Source: Deltaproteobacteria bacterium (lineage in GTDB: Bacteria > Desulfobacterota > Dissulfuribacteria > Dissulfuribacterales > QOAL01). Taken from it: a DNA stretch of 64,000 bases. The translations under genes were made by a program, and so were the position numbers. This document shows positions 57,173 through 64,000 of the stretch, in pieces. The notes beneath the pieces are model-generated. The model saw nothing but the letters and a program-made list of their open reading frames with translations, made no database searches and had not been told where the DNA came from. The stretch lies in contig JALSNW010000031.1 of assembly GCA_026986785.1 (NCBI GenBank), positions 24,223 through 88,222 on the forward strand, in the 5' to 3' direction. The stretch's first letter is position 1. Every line of letters begins with the position of its first letter.

Positions 57173-57610
57173 ATGTTTGGAATAGGACTTCCTGAACTCA
57201 TAGTTATCTTGGCCCTGGCCCTTATCGTGCTGGGGCCTGAAAAATTGCCTCAGGTGGCGAGACAGGCTGCAAGGTTCATAAACGAGCTTAAAAAGGCCTC
57301 GGATGAATTCAAAAAAGAGCTTGAGCTTGACAAGTTGGACGACATCCGAAGGCCTATCAAGCTGGACAAGGTCCTTGGAGAAGATCTGTCAGAGCTGGTG
57401 AAGAAAAAAAATCTTATAGAGCCGGACTTTCTAAGGGGTAGCAGTGATGGCACAGGCCCTGGAGGCCTGGGGCCTGAATGGAAAGAGGCAAAAGGGCGAG
57501 ACAGACAGGCCAGCTCCCACGTTGAGCAACGAAGCGAATCTCCAGATGTGGAGGAACAGTCTGGAGAAAAATCGGCTGAAGGGCCAGATCCCTATAATGC
57601 AGGAAGATAG
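57173..57610 (+). CDS. tatB: Twin-arginine translocase subunit TatB (TatA/B family)
   Basis: MFGIGLPEL...GPEKLP with a long charged tail. Confidence 0.85.
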   Translation: MFGIGLPELIVILALALIVLGPEKLPQVARQAARFINELKKASDEFKKELELDKLDDIRRPIKLDKVLGEDLSELVKKKNLIEPDFLRGSSDGTGPGGLGPEWKEAKGRDRQASSHVEQRSESPDVEEQSGEKSAEGPDPYNAGR

Positions 57611-58298
57611 ATATACACTCAAAGGGCATCTTGAAGAGCTAAGGAAAAGGCTCATAAACTGCGGTATCTTTTTTGTCATTGCCTTTGGTGTCTGTTATGC
57701 CCTGTCTGGTCCAATGGTTTCCTTTCTGTTTTATCCTGTGAAACAGGCTCTGCCCAAGGGGAGCACCATGGTGTTCACCGCCTTGCTGGAGGGCTTCATG
57801 GCCTATTTGAAGGTGGCTTTTTGGGCAGCTGTCGTGCTTACAGCCCCTGTGATAATCTATCAGGCATGGAAATTTTTGCTCCCTGCCCTCTACGAAAACG
57901 AAAAGAAGGTGCTTAAAAGGGTTATCTGCTGGGGCGGGGCCCTATTCCTTGCTGGAGGTGTATTTGGCTACTGGGTCATTATCCCCCTTATCCTTTCTCT
58001 CTCTCTGGGATATGCCAGCGATAGCCTTCAGGCCCTTCCAAGGTTACAAAATTATCTCGTATTCACATTAAAGAGTATATTCGTTTTCGGCATGATCTTT
58101 GAGGTGCCATTTGTGATGGCCGGGATCTCCAGGGCAGGGCTCATACCCCGGGATTATTTCAAAAAACACAGGAAGATCGCCTACATAGCGCTGTTCATAT
58201 TTTCCGCCGTTTTGGTGCCAACAGACCTATTCTCCCAGATACTGCTCTTCTTCCCTATGCTGATGGTATACGAGGCTGGAGTCTTGTTTTCCCGGTAG
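57597..58298 (+). CDS. tatC: Twin-arginine translocase subunit TatC
   Basis: HLEELRKRL, YQ.W.F..PALY..E and FEVP. Confidence 0.93.
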   Translation: MQEDRYTLKGHLEELRKRLINCGIFFVIAFGVCYALSGPMVSFLFYPVKQALPKGSTMVFTALLEGFMAYLKVAFWAAVVLTAPVIIYQAWKFLLPALYENEKKVLKRVICWGGALFLAGGVFGYWVIIPLILSLSLGYASDSLQALPRLQNYLVFTLKSIFVFGMIFEVPFVMAGISRAGLIPRDYFKKHRKIAYIALFIFSAVLVPTDLFSQILLFFPMLMVYEAGVLFSR

Positions 58299-58446
58299 AC
58301 GGGTAGGAAGCCAGTAATAGATAGCGTCATTTTTCACGCATTGTCCGTCAATAATCCTGCTCTTTTAAAAGACTTGTTGGCTAAGTTATTTCCCAAATAT
58401 ACCAAAGGGGAAAGAGATCGTTGTATTATTGCGAGAAGTATAATTA

Positions 58447-58462
58447 CGGTACAAAAAATGCA
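58447..58462 (+). promoter_or_regulatory. Putative sigma54 (-24/-12) promoter of the PEP-CTERM gene
   Basis: cGGTAC-aaaaa-aTGCA has GG-N10-GC spacing. Sigma54 control is typical for PEP-CTERM genes. Confidence 0.55.
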
Positions 58463-58527
58463 TGACATATTATAAGGAAGAGGTGCCCTAGAAGGTGCCT
58501 GAATAGGAGCCGAGACGAGGAGGGGGT

Positions 58528-59157
58528 ATGAATAGATCTATCCTGATCTTGACGCTGGCTGTGTTTTTTCCATCTTGGGCACAGGTCGGTTTTGCAGACA
58601 CGATCCACCTTTATGAAAATTTTTTTGGCACTGGCCATGACGACGACTTCTTGTCTTTGCTTGAAGGACAGCAGGTGGTCCTCCATTTCGATCTGAATGA
58701 TACCAATGATCCTGTCCTCCATCCGTTTCCAACTACTGATGAATACGGTTACGATCCAGCTACCATGAGGATGACTGGCGGGGTCCTGGAGTTCACCTTT
58801 TTCGATGATGACGGGGATTCTGATACAGTAGAGATATCGGCAGGATATTATGATGGGGACAGGCTCATAAAGAGGAAGATCTATAACCTGGGCGGGCCCT
58901 GGTTCCCTGAAAAATATGTGACACTCCAGGTAGACTTAGAGGACGAGGGCCTGCTCGATTATTTGCAAGACGGCCTGTTCGATACCATAGTGCTTGCCCC
59001 TGCAGTCTGCTGTCGGACAAATGACATAAGGCTTGAAGCTGCTGGTCTGAGTGTAGATGCAACGCCGGTTCCCATACCTGAGGCCTCGATGCTCCTCTTT
59101 ATCGGCTTGGTTGCACTTGCCACATGGAGGGGTTGTCTCCACAGAGATGAAGCTTAA
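58528..59157 (+). CDS. PEP-CTERM/VPLPA-CTERM sorting-domain surface protein
   Basis: Signal peptide, acidic body, and C-terminal VPIPEASMLLFIGLVALATWR. Confidence 0.8.
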   Translation: MNRSILILTLAVFFPSWAQVGFADTIHLYENFFGTGHDDDFLSLLEGQQVVLHFDLNDTNDPVLHPFPTTDEYGYDPATMRMTGGVLEFTFFDDDGDSDTVEISAGYYDGDRLIKRKIYNLGGPWFPEKYVTLQVDLEDEGLLDYLQDGLFDTIVLAPAVCCRTNDIRLEAAGLSVDATPVPIPEASMLLFIGLVALATWRGCLHRDEA

Positions 59158-59220
59158 GATATCTCTCCTGCCGAAGATGCAATGCATCAAGGGGCCAGGC
59201 TCCTTTTGGGCATCCCGCCC

Positions 59221-59240
59221 CCTGAAGTATATAACGTGGG
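59221..59240 (-). repeat. Degenerate MITE terminal unit abutting the oxidoreductase stop codon
   Basis: Minus strand TAA|CCCACGTTATATACTTCAGG. Confidence 0.45.
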
Positions 59241-60614
59241 TTAAGGCCTGCCTTCCATGAAATTCATGATGGATTCGGCTGCTATTCTGCCATGATATGC
59301 AGCCTTGGCCACTGTTTGTGGGCCCAAGACATCGTCTCCTCCTGCAAAAATCCAGGGAATGGATGTCTGGAGCGTTTCAGGATCCACCTCAAAGGTACCC
59401 CAGGGGGTTGTCTTGATCTCCATGCCCTTTACAGCAGTTGGATCGACATTCTGGCTTATGGCCGCAATGATGGTATCTGCCTCCATGGTGAAGTTTGATC
59501 CCTCTATTGGCACGGGCCTACGCCTCCCGGACTCATCGGGTTCGCCCAGCTTCATCCTTATACATTCTATGCGTTCAAGTTTGCCATCTCGTCCGTGTAT
59601 GGCAACAGGTGCGGCGAGAAACTCCATCTTTACGCCTTCTTCTTCCATGTGGTGGATTTCAGCTTGGGAAGCTGGCATTTCCTGTTTCGTGCGCCTGTAT
59701 AGTATCAATACATCTTCTGAACCCATACGAAGTGTGGTGCGTGCAACGTCAATGGCTACGTTACCACCACCGACTATTACTACTCGTCTGCCCAGGTCTA
59801 TCTTTTCACCAAGATTTACATCTCTCAGATAATCCACCCCATGCATGACACCCTTTAGGTCCTCACCAGGAATGCCCAGTTTTCTGCTCTTGTGGGCACC
59901 AATGCCAATGAAGATCGCATCGTAGCCTTGTTTCATGAGGTCTTCTATCGTCTTGTCCCGTCCTATTGTCACATTGCTGTATATGTCTACTCCGCAGCTT
60001 TTGAGCGCATCGAATTCGGCCTTTATTATGGAGCGGGGTAGCCGGAATGGGGGGATACCTACTGTTAGCATGCCGCCAAGGACAGGGAGAGAATCGAATA
60101 TGGTACATTTTACCCCTTTGTGGGCAAGGTTGTAGGCCACGGTCATCCCTGCTGGACCTGAGCCAATGATCGCCACCTTCTTGCCAGTAGGCAAGGCACA
60201 GGGCTCCATGAGGTTTTTGTCATGTTCCACCATCCAGTCGACAATGAAACGCTCCAGCATTCCAATGGCAACAGCCTCTCCCTTCTTGGCCCTGATACAA
60301 TGACCTTCGCATTGGAATTCATGGGGACAGACCCTGGAACATATGGCAGGCATGGAGCTCGTCTTTCTTATGGTCCAGTATGCGTCTTCTATCTCACCTT
60401 CTCGTAAGAGTCTTATAAACGCTGGGATGTCATTGTGCAAAGGACAGCCTTTGCGACACCCGGGTTTCTTGCACTGTAGACACCTTTCTGCCTCCATCTT
60501 GGCTGTTTCATGGTCATAACCTGCAACAATCTCATCGAAATTATGGATTCGTACTTCTGGGGGTAGCTCTTTTGGCTTGTGGCGCGGTATTGCCATTCGT
60601 TCCTTTGGTTTCAC
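59241..60614 (-). CDS. GltD/SudA/NfnB-family FAD- and Fe-S-dependent NADPH oxidoreductase
   Basis: EAERCLQC...C..GCP, CSRVCP...CEGHC, GSGPAG, GGGNVAID, YRR and FAGGD. Confidence 0.9.
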   Translation of the reverse strand: MKPKERMAIPRHKPKELPPEVRIHNFDEIVAGYDHETAKMEAERCLQCKKPGCRKGCPLHNDIPAFIRLLREGEIEDAYWTIRKTSSMPAICSRVCPHEFQCEGHCIRAKKGEAVAIGMLERFIVDWMVEHDKNLMEPCALPTGKKVAIIGSGPAGMTVAYNLAHKGVKCTIFDSLPVLGGMLTVGIPPFRLPRSIIKAEFDALKSCGVDIYSNVTIGRDKTIEDLMKQGYDAIFIGIGAHKSRKLGIPGEDLKGVMHGVDYLRDVNLGEKIDLGRRVVIVGGGNVAIDVARTTLRMGSEDVLILYRRTKQEMPASQAEIHHMEEEGVKMEFLAAPVAIHGRDGKLERIECIRMKLGEPDESGRRRPVPIEGSNFTMEADTIIAAISQNVDPTAVKGMEIKTTPWGTFEVDPETLQTSIPWIFAGGDDVLGPQTVAKAAYHGRIAAESIMNFMEGRP

Positions 60615-60697
60615 TTGATTCTCCTTGACAAGGTTATTGGCTAATGTCTATATGCTTTCATAAATCAATGTGTGTATGAGGGTGTTTTCAAGAGAAA

Positions 60698-60886
60698 ATG
60701 GAATATTATTGCGAAAAAGATAATCGCCAGGCAGACATAAGTAAAGGGTGCAGGCACCCCAATGATTTTTGCCAGCACAGGCAGGCGTGTCTGATTTATT
60801 TTCTTGAACAAGAAGAAAAGAGAAATAGCAAGATAAGGACAGAAAAAGGCGTGGAAACCGATGAAAGAAGGGGAAACGATGGTTAA
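60698..60886 (+). CDS. Small four-cysteine hypothetical protein
   Basis: MEYYC...GC.HP..FC..R..CLIYF pattern. It overlaps the next gene's start region. Confidence 0.6.
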   Translation: MEYYCEKDNRQADISKGCRHPNDFCQHRQACLIYFLEQEEKRNSKIRTEKGVETDERRGNDG

Positions 60887-61721
60887 TGAGTGTGAGATAA
60901 CCATACTATGTGAAAATAGTGTGGCCGGGCCTTTTGGCTTACTTGGTGAACATGGCTGGGCTGTCTTTGTTGAGACAGACGGCCTCAGGCTGCTTTTTGA
61001 TACTGGACAGGGTCAAGGCATAATCAACAACAGCCTCATATTGGGCGTGGATCTTGGCCAGATAGATGCGATAGTCCTCAGCCACGGCCATTACGACCAT
61101 ACAAGTGGGCTGCCTCAGGTCCTACAGATCAGGGGTGAAGTACCGGTTTTTGCCCATCCTGATATCTTCCTGGACAGGTATTGGTCAAGGGGTGAGGTCA
61201 GTAGGCATATAGGCATTCGTTTCAACAGGGCATATCTGGAGTCCCTTGGCTGTCGTTTCCAGTTCACCCCTGGTTTCACACAGATTTTTCCAGGGATCTA
61301 CGTTACTGGCGAGGTCCCCAGGGTGACGGATTTCGAACCACCTGATCCAAACATGAAAATTCCTGCCGGCACCGGGGCACATATGGCCCAAGATCCCCTC
61401 AGGGACGATCTTTCCATGGTTATAGATACACCATCTGGTCTTGTAGTGATCCTCGGATGTGCCCATGCTGGAATAGTGAATATCCTAAAGTGGTGTGCCC
61501 AGAACCTGCCAGGTAGGCCTTTTCATACTGTAATAGGTGGCACGCATCTTGGGTTCGCAGAGAAGGAACAGTTTGACAAGACCCTCGATGCCTTGGAAGA
61601 TTTTGATATCAAGCGCTTGGGGGCATCTCATTGCACCGGGCTGAAAAATGCATCGAGGCTCTACTGTGCCCTGGGCGAGAAATTTTTTCATGCCTCAGTA
61701 GGGGTTTACATAACAGTTTAG
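60879..61721 (+). CDS. MBL-fold metallo-hydrolase (COG1237-like)
   Basis: EHG, LFDTG, SHGHYDH, GCAHAG, GGTH and HCTG. Confidence 0.9.
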   Translation: MVNECEITILCENSVAGPFGLLGEHGWAVFVETDGLRLLFDTGQGQGIINNSLILGVDLGQIDAIVLSHGHYDHTSGLPQVLQIRGEVPVFAHPDIFLDRYWSRGEVSRHIGIRFNRAYLESLGCRFQFTPGFTQIFPGIYVTGEVPRVTDFEPPDPNMKIPAGTGAHMAQDPLRDDLSMVIDTPSGLVVILGCAHAGIVNILKWCAQNLPGRPFHTVIGGTHLGFAEKEQFDKTLDALEDFDIKRLGASHCTGLKNASRLYCALGEKFFHASVGVYITV

Positions 61722-61745
61722 GCGGAGCAAGGGGGCGTTGAGTAT

Positions 61746-63941
61746 CTATTTGAGCCCTCCTGTCCCCCAGCCACCTATACCAAGAAGTTCTACATTTACA
61801 AGGAACGAGGTGTCGTCAGAATCTGTCTTGATCTTTCCCTCCACTGCCCAGCAACTTGATTGATACCGGAGGGCATAACGGGATTCAATCTGGCGGTTAT
61901 CCTTGAAGTTCTGTTTGATATGAAACCTGAATGACCAAGCCCGGGTCAGGACAGCCCTCAGGTCACAGTTGAGTTCATTGATGTCTGTCACCTTGTGGTA
62001 TCTATAGTCGAGATCAAGGGTGCTTCCCAGATAGCCCGTGTAGTGCCAGCGTACATTGTGTGTCCTGAATCCATCACCATAAAAATTGTAGGTTGTATCA
62101 TATCGCATATAGAAATTTCCCACAGGCCTTATCTCCAGCTCTCCATAGAGATCCGATAGATGCCTATCAGGCATGTCGTGGATGATGTTAAGGGTCGGGA
62201 CCTCCTTGAAGTTATAGTCTTGCTGGAGCTTTAGACGCAACAGATCCGAATATGAGAAATGTCCACCCCCGAGCTCTCCCTTGTTGCTCAAGAAGGTTAG
62301 GAGAGAAAACCTGAGTCTATTGATCTTGTCATAGTGATCCTGTCGGTCTATCTGTGGAATATCGTCGTCCTTCTTGTGGGGGGTATAGAGATACTGGAGC
62401 CTTGGGGTTATACTGTGGCGCCATAGTGAGTGGCCAGATATCTGGTAATTTCTACTAAATGTCTTGCTGAGGTCTGCTTGTAACTGGTACCGGAACTTAC
62501 TTGCAGTATCCTTGGGTCTGTCTCCTGTGGTTTCTTCGCCATATGCCACGTAGATGGTATCTTCCAGATTGCCTGTGAGGACCAGGTCTCCCCAGCCAAA
62601 TAGGTTGGCAGGCAGGCTGAGCCCTGGTGACATCTTTATCCTGTGTTCCTTTGTTCCCTGTTCTCTCCAATAGTCGGTATAATCGAAATCCATCTGATAA
62701 TATACTGGGGTGTGTAATAGTCTGGTCTTGAACGTATGGAGAAAGACACTTGGAAGGGTTTGGACAGTGTAGGCTCTTTCTCCAAAATAGTGATTGTCAT
62801 TATACCTGCCGTGTAGGGCGAGAAAGCTATCCTCAGTTTCCCTGGTTATCTGGGCAGTGGAGGGGCGAATTTCATCTGCATCGTCTGCCAGGGAGCGATG
62901 GAAATATTTCTTGAATGTCTCATTACTGGCATCGAAACCCATGAGGCCATTGTCGAATTCCTGGAGATAGTCCATATCGCTCATGAGATCCACGTCTAAC
63001 TTGGCCATGAAATCGAAGGGGAGCTGCTGGTTCATTTTGCCCCTTATCCACCATCTGAAATCATTACCCCTCGTCTGTCCATCCCCGTTGAAATCAGAGT
63101 CGTCTTTCTTGTCGTTGAGGAAGTTGTAGCGGACCACGGCCTTGTCCATGGGAGAAAAGACATGCCTGTATTCTATACCCTCCATCCATCCCCGGCTAAA
63201 CATGGGATGTTGATAAAAGGTCAGATCCATGCTGTCGTTCAGGGTTAGAAAGAAGGGTATGTCAATGCCCACCCCGTTCCTTTTAGAAGAGGTGTATTCT
63301 GGTATGAGAAAGCCAGTCTTTCTATATCGATTTATTGGTACATACAGCCAGGGTGTGAAAAATACCGGTATATCCCGGATCTCAAAGAAGCTGTTTGTGG
63401 CCTTGGCCTCTCCGTTTACTGTGAGAGAGAGGTCCTTGCACTTGAACTTCCAGGCCTGTTTGGGTAGTGGGCATGTGCTGATGGTGGCATCGATGGCGTG
63501 GTATTGTTCCGGCCCTACCTTTTCAAGGCGTTTGGCCATGAGGTGGATATTGTTCCTTCGAAGATACAGGAAGGCACTTTCCATCTTGCCGGTGGATGTC
63601 TTGAGATCTATCTCTCCTCTGGAGCCCTTTAGTACATCCTGGTCCATGTGTATCACCACATGCCCCCATGCCTCTATCTTTTCTCCGGTCTTGTCGTATA
63701 GGACCTTGTCGGCATATACCTTGAGCTTGTCCTTTATGATCTGGACACGGCCTTGGGCAATAAAGACCTTGGACTGATGGAAAAAGATGATCCTGTCTGC
63801 CTTGATGTCCCAGGGTTGTTTGGCTGTTTTGGTGGCCAGGCATGGCAATGCATCGAAAAAGAGGTAGGAGATGAAAATGGATACGAGAATGAAGTACAGT
63901 AGGGCTGGGATGTGGAAAGACCTGTTCGGGTACATTGTCAC
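61746..63941 (-). CDS. lptD: LPS-assembly protein LptD
   Basis: OstA-like N-domain (ADRI...A.G.V), STC...W, R.TGFL.P and a beta-barrel C-terminus with Y.S.CW. Confidence 0.88.
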   Translation of the reverse strand: MTMYPNRSFHIPALLYFILVSIFISYLFFDALPCLATKTAKQPWDIKADRIIFFHQSKVFIAQGRVQIIKDKLKVYADKVLYDKTGEKIEAWGHVVIHMDQDVLKGSRGEIDLKTSTGKMESAFLYLRRNNIHLMAKRLEKVGPEQYHAIDATISTCPLPKQAWKFKCKDLSLTVNGEAKATNSFFEIRDIPVFFTPWLYVPINRYRKTGFLIPEYTSSKRNGVGIDIPFFLTLNDSMDLTFYQHPMFSRGWMEGIEYRHVFSPMDKAVVRYNFLNDKKDDSDFNGDGQTRGNDFRWWIRGKMNQQLPFDFMAKLDVDLMSDMDYLQEFDNGLMGFDASNETFKKYFHRSLADDADEIRPSTAQITRETEDSFLALHGRYNDNHYFGERAYTVQTLPSVFLHTFKTRLLHTPVYYQMDFDYTDYWREQGTKEHRIKMSPGLSLPANLFGWGDLVLTGNLEDTIYVAYGEETTGDRPKDTASKFRYQLQADLSKTFSRNYQISGHSLWRHSITPRLQYLYTPHKKDDDIPQIDRQDHYDKINRLRFSLLTFLSNKGELGGGHFSYSDLLRLKLQQDYNFKEVPTLNIIHDMPDRHLSDLYGELEIRPVGNFYMRYDTTYNFYGDGFRTHNVRWHYTGYLGSTLDLDYRYHKVTDINELNCDLRAVLTRAWSFRFHIKQNFKDNRQIESRYALRYQSSCWAVEGKIKTDSDDTSFLVNVELLGIGGWGTGGLK

Positions 63942-64000
63942 ACTACGGACGAGGGCATGAATATCTTGTTGTAGAGATTTTGGGCATAGCGGTCTGTCAT

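Noticed and set aside
63938-64000. Open minus-strand frame ending at the lptD start
   Set aside because: It could be the end of an upstream gene, but 20 codons are too few to call.

Overview
The window looks like core chromosome of an anaerobic, probably sulfur-metabolising Desulfobacterota (deltaproteobacterial) organism. This is inferred from gene content: YeeE/YedE, a CoADR-rhodanese fusion, a SudA/GltD-like oxidoreductase, an ORP-type Fe-S/NifX cluster, a delta-type NikR box and a PEP-CTERM protein. About 55 CDSs are supportable. They include an M16 protease with nadK, cmk-marR, two hybrid histidine kinases, a MacAB-TolC-type exporter followed by an ArnT-like glycosyltransferase, nikMNQO, clpB, an MCP, pilC, an acn-aroEAKC-tyrA operon, mltA, mdh, alr, tatBC and lptD. 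I recognised no rRNA, tRNA, CRISPR array, transposase or phage gene. Two things stand out. (1) A coupled pair of a ParB/Srx-fold gene and a spore-photoproduct-lyase-like radical SAM gene is followed by an aldo-keto reductase and a B12-binding radical SAM enzyme (30.0-35.2 kb). This is a candidate undescribed DNA or nucleotide repair/modification system. (2) An unannotated family of degenerate 165-220 bp MITE-like elements, with ends resembling CCCAGATTATGCACTTCAA, occurs at about 9 sites. One copy supplies the last codons of the SPL-like gene and one borders a parA remnant. All calls come from reading motifs by eye, and no database searches were run.
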